A DNA stretch of 64,000 bases from Patellaria atrata CBS 101060 (GCA_010093705.1 MU006089.1:3628-67627); one strand, 5' to 3'. Positions 9,834 through 22,084 are shown, counted from the stretch's first letter. Notes: a model not told the origin generated them from the letters alone. Made by a program: numbers and translations.

Positions 9834-11780
9834 TCAAGCCAGACCGGACAGAACAGATCCTAGCTCCTTCTTATCATATTTGACATATTTCCCTTTACCC
9901 TTGTCGATCTCGTGATATCTATCCCAGAATCTTCCATATAGGGGTTCGATAAAAGCTTGAATCTCTCTCGCCAACATTACCCTAACTTCTCTTTCCATCT
10001 TGAAGCTCTTATGTTTCGCCACAAGGTCATCGAAACTCATATTAAAGTTCTTGAACTTTTCTTTGATCGCTTCCTTATCCTTAGAGGCTAATCCCTTAAC
10101 TACCGCTGCGGAGTCAATTGAACCACCCCCAGAGTGCGGTCGACCTCCGCGGTTGGTGTATTGAACGTCCAAAAGGTAGGTAGAAGGTTCTCGCCAGGCC
10201 TCGTTGTACATGCTCACAGACTTCTTGCGCCAGCTCTCAAGTTTGATTACTGCGCCTCCAAGAAGATCTCCAAGGTCTGAGTTTCGTATCATTCGCTCGA
10301 TGATAGCAACATTGTTAGCTATGAAGACTCCTTGGAGCTGTCTGCTCTTCAATAAGGCTCGTGCTTTGGATTCCAGGTTAGATAGCAGAGTATCAAGGGT
10401 ATCGATTGCGTAGTGTTCGAATAATTGTTTGCCATCCGCGCCCACGTCGAAAGATCTGAGAGATGGAAGAGATGTCGAGGAGGACGATGAGGGTGCGGTA
10501 GACCAACCACCGTCACCTAAAGAGGTCATAAGGGATGACAGAGGAGCCAAATAAGATGTCATTGTTTGCAGACGAGTCATAATATCCGCTGTCACTGGAA
10601 TGGAACCACCATCTATAGGGAGAGCAACAAGGCTTTGAACTCGAGACCTTGTATCTTCGAGCAGTTTTGGTAAGGACGCTTTTGATGTTTCGCGTATCGG
10701 TTGCACACAGTCAGCGATAGTCCTCTTCAACTCCCCAGTTCGACTTTCGACACTTATGGATAAGTTCGATACGATGTCCATAACCTCATATCCCAAGAAG
10801 CAATCGGTCATCAGATTGTTTTTGATATGAGTGTTGAGCTCTCTTAAGGTCTTGGAGAACTCTGTCAACGAGCTTTGACATGTGAAGTTATAGACGCGAC
10901 CCCACTCATCGCGAGCAAAGACAGGGCAAATATTTCCATATTCAGCCACAAAGAGACCTTCCATTGCTTGTGCGTATGTTCCAATCCCATTTGTTCCCTG
11001 TCGATATATTGCATCTGCCGTGGTTTTGCGCGCTGTCGATACGGTTGCTACGGCTGAGTTCCTTAACGATTTTGCCATATATTCTCCACGAATATCTGCG
11101 TATATCCTTGCGGTTGGAGTGTCTCTCACATCACTTTGAGACATTGTAGCCACCGAAGCACTAATGTGTGTATTGATTAACCTTAATCTCGAGGATTTCT
11201 CTTGTGGTATCGCAGGAAACGGTAATGCTACAGAACAGGGTTTAGCGCTACTCAATATGATGTACATTTTTACAATACCTTTTGTTACATAATGCAATGG
11301 TTCAACAGGTCGTACATCGTCTAGTAGTATATCCTTGAAGACGTCTTCCAATTGACTTGTTCCTAGTCTTATCAGGGCGTTAAGCTCCCCTATAGCCTGT
11401 TGGTTGGATCGTAAATTGGAATGCTTGAGATCTCCCAAGGCTTGAGTTGTTCGGTCGAGTGAGGCTATATAATCCGTTAAGCCAGTTTTACGAGGACCAG
11501 ATCGGATGATACGCTCTTCTCGATTCCTTTGGTCCAACGGTTCCCGTATTCGATCGATAGCTTCTAACATCCTATCGACATTGGAATTCATAACCTGCAG
11601 TCTTTGTGTATTCCCGTATATGGGGCCGATAGCTTCAGCTACTGCGTTCCCACTAGTTTCGAGCCTGTTCATTGAGCCTTGGATACGCTTCGTAAGGTTC
11701 TTCAGCTTCTCAAGGTCGGAGTAGAGGATCTCAACTTCTGCGCTGTCCTCGACCAGAGAACTAGTACGAGGTGCAACCAT
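9834..11780 (-). CDS. EXO70: Exocyst complex subunit Exo70 (one 51-nt in-frame intron, 11228-11278)
   Basis: N-terminal coiled coil, GVFIANN, and C-terminal DKEAIKEKFKNFN..FDDLV..HK...F..RY......KYVKYD typical of Exo70. Confidence 0.92.
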   Translation of the reverse strand: MVAPRTSSLVEDSAEVEILYSDLEKLKNLTKRIQGSMNRLETSGNAVAEAIGPIYGNTQRLQVMNSNVDRMLEAIDRIREPLDQRNREERIIRSGPRKTGLTDYIASLDRTTQALGDLKHSNLRSNQQAIGELNALIRLGTSQLEDVFKDILLDDVRPVEPLHYVTKGIVKMYIILSSAKPCSVALPFPAIPQEKSSRLRLINTHISASVATMSQSDVRDTPTARIYADIRGEYMAKSLRNSAVATVSTARKTTADAIYRQGTNGIGTYAQAMEGLFVAEYGNICPVFARDEWGRVYNFTCQSSLTEFSKTLRELNTHIKNNLMTDCFLGYEVMDIVSNLSISVESRTGELKRTIADCVQPIRETSKASLPKLLEDTRSRVQSLVALPIDGGSIPVTADIMTRLQTMTSYLAPLSSLMTSLGDGGWSTAPSSSSSTSLPSLRSFDVGADGKQLFEHYAIDTLDTLLSNLESKARALLKSRQLQGVFIANNVAIIERMIRNSDLGDLLGGAVIKLESWRKKSVSMYNEAWREPSTYLLDVQYTNRGGRPHSGGGSIDSAAVVKGLASKDKEAIKEKFKNFNMSFDDLVAKHKSFKMEREVRVMLAREIQAFIEPLYGRFWDRYHEIDKGKGKYVKYDKKELGSVLSGLA

Positions 11781-12511
11781 CTTTGCGAACTTTATATGAC
11801 GATTTGCGATGTTGAGTAAATGAATACGTATAAGAATATTTTAGAGACGAATCAAGGAGTGAGTAAAGAGTACGTCTAGGGAATATGACCCATCATGGTT
11901 TGCAGGATTTGGGAATTGACCAAATTGGTGGGTCTTGTTCCTGAAAGAGGGGTTAATCAAAAGGAACAGATGGGAGGGTATAAGGAGGTTTAAGGTGGTT
12001 AATATCTACCTAGATTAGACGGGAGAATTGAAGCTTGGGGGAAAAAGGACGCTAGTTCTTGTTCTAATTCTAGCCGCGGAAGCTCTTGAGTCGATAAGCT
12101 TTTGAGTTTAGACGCTAGCTTCATCGGTACGAGTCAGGAACGGGCAATCGTAATTGCGCGTTTCGCATGTCACCTCGTCATCCAACTTCAATTTATTCGC
12201 CATGTTGAAAAACCGGGAAACGTACCTTTACCATCTCAATAATCACATCAACTTGGTTACTATATTGTTCTTATCTGGTTTTACTGCAAATTTTCATCCT
12301 TTCTGGATTATGTGAAGCTTCGACCTTGAATTAAACTTATTTTATGGATCTCCGATTCCAACGTGGGACGAAGTTGTCGCGGACATGGAGGAGCATATGC
12401 TGCCGGTACTGCTTACAGACACCTGAGATTTCACCCTGAACTAACTGTTGTCTGCGCAGTGCTCCACAATGTCGCCAGTATCATGCTCATCCTACTTCAA
12501 ACCGTCCCAAA

Positions 12512-14983
12512 TTGTCACTTCGCACAAAGACTACCGTATGTCTAGTAACAGCGGCCGCCACTACTCTCGCGACCATTACAATTTGTCGACCAAAGGTTAA
12601 CAGCTTCTCAAACAACCTGAACCCCTACCTCATTCATTCAGAAAGTTCAGAAGACGCGTCTTTTTGGGCGAAGCGCATTCCTTTCGTTGGTAATCGGAAA
12701 CACAATCAATCGGGCGAGACCAACTCCGAAGACCAGCCCAGTCATACCGAAGCCGGGCAACAGGAACCGCCGTCTCAGACTATAATAGTAGGTGAAGGAC
12801 AGGATACCGGAAACGGTCCAGAACCGGAGTCGAAATTGGGCCCAAGGTCAACTTTTATACCTTCCTTAGAGGTACCCTCCATTGAGTGGTCCACAATTGG
12901 AGATAGAATCACAGACTTCATAATCCCAGAGTGGGCCAGATTACTCCCCGGATATTTTAGTAAGCTACAGGATGAACTTTCCATGGCTCCCGGTTCTCTG
13001 GCTCAGGAAGTATGGTGGGAAGCGAACGATCCCGAAGTTAACCCCGAGATTCTATGGGATGCATCGGTTCGTATATCAGATGACATCTGTGATGATGAAA
13101 AGAGATTTCGTAGGGCTCGCAAATCATTTACAAGATGCGGTCTAGCGAAGTATTTAGACATCCCTGAAGATGAGATACATCCGGATGATGTTCCAGTAAT
13201 AGCGATGTGCGGCTCGGGTGGTGGACTACGAGCTTTAGTCTCGGGGGCATCGTCCTATCTATCAGCAAAGGAGGCGGGTTTGTTTGATTGTATAACATAT
13301 ACAGCAGGTGTGAGTGGCAGTTGCTGGTTACAGACCCTCTATTACTCCTCTCTTGCTATGCAGGACCATGGAAGGCTCATTAACCATCTGAAGAATAGAC
13401 TTGGTGTTCATATCGCATATCCTCCATCGGCACTTGCACTGATAAGTAGCGCACCTACAAACAAGTTCCTCCTTAGTGGAATCGTAGAGAAAGCGAAAGG
13501 AGTTCCAGACGCTACTTTTGGTATTGTGGATCTCTACGGTTTGCTTCTCGCTGCTAGACTCCTCGTTCCTAAAGGGGAGCTCTCGATCGACGATAGAGAC
13601 CTTAAGGTTTCGAATCAAAGACGTTTCATAGATAATGGGTCAAATCCACTTCCTATCTATACTGCTATTCGTCACGAGATACCAATCGAAGAGCAAGAAG
13701 ACAAGGGACCAATATCTGCGACTATCGAAGCTAAAAAGGAAGCTTGGTTCCAATGGTTCGAGTTCACGCCCTACGAATTCTGGTGTGAGGAACTCAACGC
13801 TGGTATTCCTACTTGGGCTGTTGGCCGCAAGTTTCTAAACGGCAAGACAGTATGGCGGAGTAATGATCTCGCGCTCCCAGAAGTGCGCACGCCATTGCTC
13901 ATGGGTATTTGGGGATCCGCCTTCTGCGCAACATTATCACACTACTATAAGGAAGTACAACCGCTTCTACAAGGCTACCTTGGTTTCGTAGGTATAGACG
14001 AGATGCTCAGCGAACGGGACGAGCAACTCATTAAGATGCATCCCATTGACCCAGCTGCGATCCCCAACTTCGCGCTAGGTCTCAAGGAACAACTTCCCCA
14101 AAGTGTTCCTGCGAGTATTTATTCGAACTCTCACTTTCAGCTCATGGACGCTGGTATGAGCAATAACTTACCCATATACCCACTACTACGACCCGGCCGT
14201 GACGTGGATATCCTAATCGCTTTCGACGTCTCAGCAGATGTCAGGACAGATAACTGGCTCAAGGTAGCCGATGGATATGCCCGCCAGCGTGGCATCAAAG
14301 GTTGGCCTATCGGCTCCGGTTGGCCCACCGATACAGAAACAACCGAACAAATCGCCGATGAACTCGATAGCGCACAAGCCGCGACCCCTGAGGAAGCGGC
14401 GCAGAGGATTGGAGATGCCCAAACTGCCCAAGAAACCCAAGAACAGGCAGCCCAGGATCGAGCAGCCCAGGACCAAGCAACCCTGGCCCATGTTCTCCCG
14501 CAGCCAGAAGATGCAGCACAGAAAGAGAAGATGCAGAAGAAGGCTTCAGACCTCGGCTTCTGCACCGTTTGGGTCGGCACCACGGAGGAACGAACCAGCG
14601 ATGATGAACCCCCTCAATCCAAGCGCGTAGAAGAAGACTGGGAGCTCATGCAACCTGATGCTGGCATTACGGTAATCTATTTTCCCTTTCTGTCCAATCC
14701 CACTATTCCAGATATTGATCCGCAAACGAGCGATTACATGTCGACTTGGAATTTCGTGTATACGCCAGAGCAGGTCGATAAGGTAGTTGCATTAGCCAGA
14801 GCAAACTTCGAGGAAGGGAAAGAGCAAACGAAGAGGGCAGTTAGAGCGGTGTATGAGAGGAAGAGGACCAAGCGATTGGAAAGGGAAGAAGAACAGCGGA
14901 GGAGAAGGAAACAGTGGAAGATGAGACTAGGACTTGTAGGAAAGACTTTAGGAGAGGGAGGACAGGGGGATCATTTCAGCTGA
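12512..14983 (+). CDS. Cytosolic phospholipase A2 / lysophospholipase (PLA2_B family); true start uncertain, probably near 12385-12460
   Basis: SGGGLRA oxyanion motif, GVSGS catalytic Ser, WFEFTP and LMDAG catalytic Asp. The ORF track begins at TTG; a candidate intron lies at about 12406-12459. Confidence 0.88.
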   Translation: MSLRTKTTVCLVTAAATTLATITICRPKVNSFSNNLNPYLIHSESSEDASFWAKRIPFVGNRKHNQSGETNSEDQPSHTEAGQQEPPSQTIIVGEGQDTGNGPEPESKLGPRSTFIPSLEVPSIEWSTIGDRITDFIIPEWARLLPGYFSKLQDELSMAPGSLAQEVWWEANDPEVNPEILWDASVRISDDICDDEKRFRRARKSFTRCGLAKYLDIPEDEIHPDDVPVIAMCGSGGGLRALVSGASSYLSAKEAGLFDCITYTAGVSGSCWLQTLYYSSLAMQDHGRLINHLKNRLGVHIAYPPSALALISSAPTNKFLLSGIVEKAKGVPDATFGIVDLYGLLLAARLLVPKGELSIDDRDLKVSNQRRFIDNGSNPLPIYTAIRHEIPIEEQEDKGPISATIEAKKEAWFQWFEFTPYEFWCEELNAGIPTWAVGRKFLNGKTVWRSNDLALPEVRTPLLMGIWGSAFCATLSHYYKEVQPLLQGYLGFVGIDEMLSERDEQLIKMHPIDPAAIPNFALGLKEQLPQSVPASIYSNSHFQLMDAGMSNNLPIYPLLRPGRDVDILIAFDVSADVRTDNWLKVADGYARQRGIKGWPIGSGWPTDTETTEQIADELDSAQAATPEEAAQRIGDAQTAQETQEQAAQDRAAQDQATLAHVLPQPEDAAQKEKMQKKASDLGFCTVWVGTTEERTSDDEPPQSKRVEEDWELMQPDAGITVIYFPFLSNPTIPDIDPQTSDYMSTWNFVYTPEQVDKVVALARANFEEGKEQTKRAVRAVYERKRTKRLEREEEQRRRRKQWKMRLGLVGKTLGEGGQGDHFS

Positions 14984-15455
14984 TTGAAGGACATCAGATA
15001 TCATAGAGGCGATGGACTATTAGAGCTGCCTAGACAGTTACATTAAATTTAAAAAGATGAAGTTACTTGATCTTTCGGCGATGCAGCAGCGCCGAGCTTG
15101 ATACCAGCTCAGGATTTACATCACAACAATGATTTGATACTGATACAGCACGCCCAGCCGCTAGGGATAAGTCAATAAGACTGCCTCCTATCGCAATCAC
15201 CCATTCATTTCGAAATAAGTCTCCTCTAGTCTCCGCCTCGTATATCCCCATCTCACAACCCTTCCCACACCCCCCCTTTCATGAAGGGATGAACGGGGGA
15301 AGACTTTTCAACTTTTAATTTTCATTCCTATCGACAACCAAGCCTCCTCCAACTACGCTAGAACCTACCATCCCAACCAAATACTCAACCCCCTGGACCA
15401 ACCCAACGGCAAACGCAAAAACAAGTCCCCCTTCCCTTCATACCCTCCCCTCAAC

Positions 15456-18400
15456 CTACGTATAAATACTCTCCGTATAAACATTAACCTGCAGCCCCTT
15501 CTCCGCCATCTCCGCCTCGCACAAAAAGTCCAACGGCATCCAAACCAAATGGCCCCTGATGCGGTCGAGCTGCTGCTTGATCTCCTTAACATCGCGCTTC
15601 ATGTCGTAGATGTGCCCTTGCTTGTGCGGCTCCGGATTGTCCTTGGGCGGGTCGGATTTCCCCTTTTCGCGGGCTTTGGATAGCTCGGCGACGGAGATGT
15701 CGTTGGGGAGGAAGGTGTGGTAGTCGTCGAATGTTTTGACTGGGAAAGGGGGGTTTAGTGGGGGTTTTGGAGATGTGGTAGCGGGAATGATAAGGGGGCT
15801 GATGGAGGGGGAAAGGAGGGTCGAAGGGGAAAGCTACTCACTGCAGTTATCTGGATCTGCGTGAAATAGGTCCCTGAATACCTCTGTGTTCACAGTTGCT
15901 TGTTCCGTCCATGTCTTCCACAGCCTATCGCTTAGCGGGTCGGCTACAAATTCGTATTCTTCGCCCTCGTAGACTGTATTCGGACTATCCCCTGGCGGGA
16001 ACGCGTTGGTTTCGTCGCCTGGGGTGAGGTCCTGCGCTGGAAGGAGACCGAGGTGCTCGCGCCAGAGGTACCGGCGAAGGGTTGCTGCGTGGAAGCCTGC
16101 TTGGTAGGGCTCGCCGTTCATGGTTGAGTCGATGAATTTGGTGTCGGTCATGACGATGCTGAGTTCGGAGTCGTGGAAGCCTAATTGGGACTGGAAGTTA
16201 TTAGTATGCTTGCACTTATCTAACTAGAGTGTGGAGGAATTACTCTATCGTTGATGTTTGAGCTTCCGCAGATCACTGTCTTGTCATCTACTATCAAAAT
16301 TTTGGCGTGTATATATAGCTCTTCCTGGATGAAATTCTCTTTTTCGAGTTCTAAATCATCGTCCCATGCTTCTTCTGATACTTTGTTCCCGCCCAACATG
16401 GCGTCTTTAGCGATGGTGTCTACACTCAAAGCCTTCTCCGCATCTTTTAAGCCCACGGCTTCCCGTTTAGATTCAAACTGTTTCTTTTTGTCACTGTACC
16501 GTTTTTGTTCTTCTTCTCTATCACTGTCGCTATCACCTTCTCCCTCACTAGACGACGAGTCACCCGTGGTCCCATGAATCCCACTACCCATAAGTTCTTC
16601 AGCTTCAGCACGCTGTACGTCTTGGTATTTGACTCCAGACTCCTCTTCCTGTCTCCTAAGAGCTGATGTAGAGTTGAGACGGTCATATGATCTGAGATTG
16701 AAGACAAAAATATGCTCGTGCGGATCCACTCCTTGCGCCTTGATTTGACCCATGATAGAATGCTCACCTCGATTGAGTGACTTGTATTGATAATCCATGA
16801 TCGCCCTGGTCCAAGTTAGCATTTCCTTCATTATTTTGATCGCGGGTGCAAAAACCTCGTGCCAGTTGCTGCATCATCCCTTAGATCACCAGCGAATCCG
16901 GGAACAGCAGGAATCACGACGATGACGCGGAACTTCCGTCCTTCTTTGCCGGCTCTTACGACTGCGTCAACAATCGCTTTTCCGATCTCATTATGAATCG
17001 GTGACTGTTTGTCGCCAGTTGCAGTGACTGGACCTATATTAGCAAAATCACTAACATGAAGGGGGCCTCCTAATCTCATACGTACTGAAGAATTGATTCT
17101 CGATATAAACATAATGCTGAGCATTACTAATTACCTCACAGTAAGCATTCTGAATGCTATGATCCACAAGGATACCACTGCTCCAATCTGCACTACTCCT
17201 CACGAGCTGCGCGGTTACAGATCCTTGGTTTTCTCGACGTTTCGTATCTAGGGGTGATAATGGGTGGCGAATATAGTCTCCCACAGGAAATTTGGGCCGC
17301 TGAACACCTACAAGGTCTTCGTCCTCTCCTGTACGTCCCTCTATTTCAAGCCAATCATATCTTGCATCACGCTTATACTTGTCGCGCTTGCAAAAATTCC
17401 ATCGAAGGACAAAATGCTCTGCAATATCATACACACAAGGTCCAATGAGACCCATAGCTACGTCATGCCAGGGCATACGGCCGAATTCGGCTTTACTGAG
17501 CTCGTTTGATTTCCAATCCGAGACGTTTTGGAAATCCATTATTCTATTGTTGTTGAAATCTTGGCCGGGGAAGATTTCATTTTGCACTCCTGATGGATGA
17601 ACATCGGACAAGGGGTGCTGGTGATGATCCCAACGTCCGAAACATAGATCCAGACCACCGATGAAAGCCAAGTCATAATCGATAACGATGAATTTCTCAT
17701 GATGTGCCTGTATCTTACGTCAATACTTGGTTTGAATACAGTATACAGCACATACGCACCCAGTAGAAGGTCATATCTCCCACATTTTCGAAAACATTGT
17801 GATCTGGATGCCGCATAACTGTGATATTGCCATGTCCCTTTGTACCTTCCGGACATAGTCCCATCAGAGCATGCTTGGTGTGAGCACTATTGCAAGTCAA
17901 TGCTTGTTGTACCTATTCGTTGAATATATTAGCATAACGCTTTCGAGGTTCAGTTCAATCTAGAATACCTCCTTGTATACAATAACATAGATCTTAACCC
18001 CCTCCTCCGCTTTCCTTTTCAAAAGCTTGTCTAGCCTATACTCCTGGTGATAAAATGGTGGTCGACGTAAGAACTAAGTTAATCAGCCTTGCAATCACCC
18101 CACAGCGATTTCGGAACTGGCATATATCAAGGAATCTATTGACACGGGATGACATACAAGTTCTGGACTTAACCACCAGTCTTCGATGTATATCGTCTCC
18201 TTTGCCCTTTCCAGTGCGACACTAACAGCCCAGAAATAATCTCTCCCATCGACATACCACTTAACCAGATTACCCTCTCTTTCAGGAAAGTAACTCTCGA
18301 ACCGGTGGCTCTCGCATATTTTCGTCCGTTTTTCGTCACAGGCCTGCTCATGTTCCTCATCATGACGGTGATTGGGGTTAACCAGGTTTTTGAGCTTCCC

Positions 18401-18574
18401 AAGTTTGTTCTTTAGATGGTAAGTATGAACTACGAGCTTGTGGACAGGGTTCTCCTCATGCGTTTTGATTTTTTGCCGAGTATGGGGTAAAGGATGTAAG
18501 ATCTTGTCTTTGAGATTGTGATGGTTATGCTTATCAGCAGGAGGACCTGTCCCGTTTGGAGGAGTTGTTGCCAT
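15456..18574 (-). CDS. Phospholipase D, short fungal type without PX/PH domains, multi-exon
   Basis: Two HKD motifs (WAHHEKFIVID.DLAFIGGLD; YIHAKILIVDD..VICGSSNINDR), plus KWYVDGRDYF, IYIEDWWLSPE, RMPWHD and YIENQFF. ATG at 18574; last exon ends ...ESIYT* at 15456. Confidence 0.92.
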
Positions 18575-19699
18575 TATTGATATTATACTGTATGGCAAAT
18601 CCTAGGTCCAAATCTCACGATAGATCTCTATCCGGCAACGACTCCAAGTAGGGACGCTAAGATGCTAGATAGGGGACTCCTTTCTTCACTGAACGGGCAA
18701 TTGCTTCTCTTAGTCGTAGAAGGAGAGACTGAGGGCTAGTCGAAGGCAATACTGTACGAAAGTAGAGAGGGTAAGTCTGCGCTCGGTGAGAGAACTGACG
18801 CAGACAGTACAACCTAAGGTAGGCTTTAACGGCAGGTGAGTAAGGCAGGTCGGTAAAGTATCTTCAACGGTGCCGACATTCCGGTCGATAATGCAATGTT
18901 GGACGTTGGCCGAAAGCTTGTTTTTCTTGCCTTACGGCGAATAAATCCTGCTTCCTTGAGGTTCGGAGTTGTTGAAGTGTACGCGCCATCCTCCCCAGGA
19001 TCTCGTGGTCAACGGGTGGATCTGCTGATTAGGTGGTAGTAGGCATGAAGCAAACCGACCCGCTTGTAACCCGCCAGAGAATAAATAACTGCTACTAATC
19101 CCTACCTAGTTGTGCCATGTAAGTTTCGTTTCTGGCTGAATCACCTGCGGCTTAATTGAACTCCTTCTATACTTTACCTAGATTGTACTATATTTGAGCT
19201 CACTAAGTTCATGGCGTCATCAGAACCCCTCCAGAACCCCTCCTCACATGTCAAGTTGCCCGAGTCGACCGACTAACGCACATCAATGCGAAGGCTGTGA
19301 TGCTCAATTTCTGTCTGGAATTTCGGTTACTGTCCAGCTATCAATTACCTCCCATCTTAGCTATGTAAGGTACCAAACAATCTGCCGTACCATATGTGGA
19401 TCGTTGTCTCCTATTATGTACATCAAATTCGCCTTAACAGCCAATACTCTCACAGCCCCCTGTCTCGTCAACATCAAAATCGTAGGCGAAAATATTCTAC
19501 AAGAAATGAAAGGGAACGCCTGTTAGACGGTGGGTATTCAAACAACGCTAGAATCGTAAAACCGGAAAATTGTAAACAACCTTAGTGAAAGTGAGGAGAA
19601 CACATCTCCGGACGTGCGATTCATTCCTGACTTAGACATATGGATGAAACTACTGAAAAGAAAAGATCCCATAGAAGAAATTGATTAGTTTACAAAACT

Positions 19700-22084
19700 T
19701 TACACTAGGACTTGCGGCCTGAGAGAAGATACCGGTGAAGGCATACTCGGAGGAGTAGGTAATGGCATGTTGGGCGGAGGTGGTGGAGGAGGAAGGCCAA
19801 GTACGGGCATTGACCTGCGCACCTGCACACGCTGTCTCTGATTGCCATAAACAGGACTGACCTTGGTGACACCGGATGGATTCGAGACACTGCGATTGTA
19901 CGCCGTATTCGGACGCGACGAGGATAGGAAAGGAGCGGGATCAGAGCGTATCTGCATGCTAGTCGGACGACGTAGAGATTTACCCATTTCGTTACTGACA
20001 AGATACGGCGTAGAAGCGCATTTCGCACCGGGGGAAATTGAAGGCAGTCGCGGAGGTGGTATAGAAGGTGGAGGGGATGGTGCACCTAAGGAAGAAAGTC
20101 GTTTGGGTACTGGTAAAGTACCCCCGGAGGAAGTCTGAGGCCGAATCGGAACAGGTCGAAAACTGGGCCTTGAGGATGATAGTTGACGAGTACGACCGTG
20201 AGAAGAAATTCCCTGTGAAGCTGGAAGACTTCCTAGAGTAGATTGTGGTCTTGCGGCTTTTGGAGGACTATGTTGTGGAGGAATTGGCGGGAGCGGTACA
20301 GTCGGTGCTGGAGTACTAGGACCTACGCCAATGATAACTGTATGAGTAGGTGATGTGCTTCGGACAGACACAGGCCGCTTCACGGGTGTCATGGTAGACG
20401 AGATAGGCACTTCTGAATGGTTTGCACGATTTGTTGGGCCATATGTCGAATGTCTCTTCTGCCTAGACATATCAGACTTCACAGAAAGTCCTTGATGTTC
20501 GCTAGTCGTTGGTAAAGTAGCCATCGATCGTCGACGAAGGTTTGTCGGTGTCGTCAGATTCAGATTGAACGATTTTAGCGACGCGGGGTTTCGGGCTTGT
20601 TCGACATCAATCTTAGGTGGAGCATCACTTGACGGGGTAGGAGGTGCTGGAGAAGTTCCCCGAGACGTTGGCGCCGTTCCAGAAGACATGTAAGATAGTC
20701 TGGATCCTTCCCGCAACTGATTAAGCTGGACTTGATCATTTGATATCACGGTAGTTGCAAGTGATGCAACATCTACCGACTTCCTCATCGTCACACGTCG
20801 TGAGGAAGCAATGGATGCAGTGTCAGCGTGTTTTTGAGGGAGAATGCTTCTTCGCCAGTCTGAAATTACCACTGTTGGCGATTCCACGACAGGACTTGCA
20901 GGAATAGATTCGCTCTCGAATCGTTCTTTCTCTCTCTGAAGATTAAATCGGTGACTAGGGGTCTTCTCCAACGTATGCTCGGGAGATTGAGTTCCGAGGG
21001 ACACTGGATCAGATTGAAACTTCATACCACCAAGGGACTCGATTTGTTTCCTTACAGAGCTTAACCACGACCCCATCTCTTCTGCGCTGCCTAGAACTAG
21101 AAGGAAACTATTTGCCGTTTTTCTGGATCCGCTAGTCGGAAGGCGAAATTTTGATAGCAGGGATCTCGCGGGAGTAGAACGTACAATTGTACCGTCTTCT
21201 TTAGAAGCTTGCGATATCTGGAGGACCCAATGTTTTCCTGGAATTAGATCTGAAGCAAACGCAGCGGAATCTTTTCCTAGTTGCAATATCTTTTCCGGTA
21301 GTCTATCCGAGGAGCCTTCATTGGCGTATTGAAGAACATATCCCGATGTGACAAGGACGTATATTTTCTCCTCAAGTTCTGGTACGAAAATGGTCGACGC
21401 TGATGATAACCTCTTATGACTTGATTTCTCCTTTTCCTGTCTTTTTAGTTCGGCAATCGCACCGGCTTCCCCATTTCCCAGTTGATCGACCCCACTCTCT
21501 ATCTTTTCATGCAGAACACTAATCTGACGTTTGTGTACTTTGTTCCTTTGCATATACTCCGGAGACATAGCTGTGGTATGCAGCTTTGCATGCTTGATAG
21601 ATTGGGGGAAAGCTTGGAACAAAGGAGGAGGATCCCAGCCGGTAGACTGTCGCATGCGCATACTTCCTAACCTTGAAGTCTTCGGTCTGACAGGTACGGT
21701 ATCTACAGGCCTTGCTGTTGGTTGAGGGGGAAGGTTAGGTAGGTTGGGTATAATGATCGGCTTTGACTTCGCCGTACTTATGGGAGGTGACTGGGGGCTC
21801 TCGATGGGTACTGTCATTCCAGATTCATGGAAACCACGAGCTCGTTCCACTTTCGGTTTACTGAATAAGTTGAAGAGTGACATCTTCGACTGACGATGCT
21901 CCAGATTACGTGAGGGTAGAGGTGCATTTAGGGAAGTGTTCGTACGAGGGGATTGCTCCGCTAATGGTATTACTGGTCGAGATCTCCTCCAACGTGATGC
22001 TGTCTGAGCATCGGTGAATTTTGTCTGAAGTGGAGGAAGATTTCTACGCTGCTGATCGGAAGATGAGTTCTCACCTTGCTCCAT
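19700..22084 (-). CDS. PH-domain protein with long Ser/Pro-rich disordered regions
   Basis: 794-aa single ORF. WDPPPLFQAFPQ and KIYVLVTSGYVLQY...LPEKILQL...WVLQISQ...EEMGSWLSSVRKQI fit a PH fold with its terminal Trp helix. Confidence 0.75.
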   Translation of the reverse strand: MEQGENSSSDQQRRNLPPLQTKFTDAQTASRWRRSRPVIPLAEQSPRTNTSLNAPLPSRNLEHRQSKMSLFNLFSKPKVERARGFHESGMTVPIESPQSPPISTAKSKPIIIPNLPNLPPQPTARPVDTVPVRPKTSRLGSMRMRQSTGWDPPPLFQAFPQSIKHAKLHTTAMSPEYMQRNKVHKRQISVLHEKIESGVDQLGNGEAGAIAELKRQEKEKSSHKRLSSASTIFVPELEEKIYVLVTSGYVLQYANEGSSDRLPEKILQLGKDSAAFASDLIPGKHWVLQISQASKEDGTIVRSTPARSLLSKFRLPTSGSRKTANSFLLVLGSAEEMGSWLSSVRKQIESLGGMKFQSDPVSLGTQSPEHTLEKTPSHRFNLQREKERFESESIPASPVVESPTVVISDWRRSILPQKHADTASIASSRRVTMRKSVDVASLATTVISNDQVQLNQLREGSRLSYMSSGTAPTSRGTSPAPPTPSSDAPPKIDVEQARNPASLKSFNLNLTTPTNLRRRSMATLPTTSEHQGLSVKSDMSRQKRHSTYGPTNRANHSEVPISSTMTPVKRPVSVRSTSPTHTVIIGVGPSTPAPTVPLPPIPPQHSPPKAARPQSTLGSLPASQGISSHGRTRQLSSSRPSFRPVPIRPQTSSGGTLPVPKRLSSLGAPSPPPSIPPPRLPSISPGAKCASTPYLVSNEMGKSLRRPTSMQIRSDPAPFLSSSRPNTAYNRSVSNPSGVTKVSPVYGNQRQRVQVRRSMPVLGLPPPPPPPNMPLPTPPSMPSPVSSLRPQVLV

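Noticed and set aside
11238..11249. AGCGCTAAACCC in the EXO70 intron matches the repeat-array core
   Set aside because: A 12-bp match overlapping a branch-point-like motif, with no flanking similarity; likely chance.
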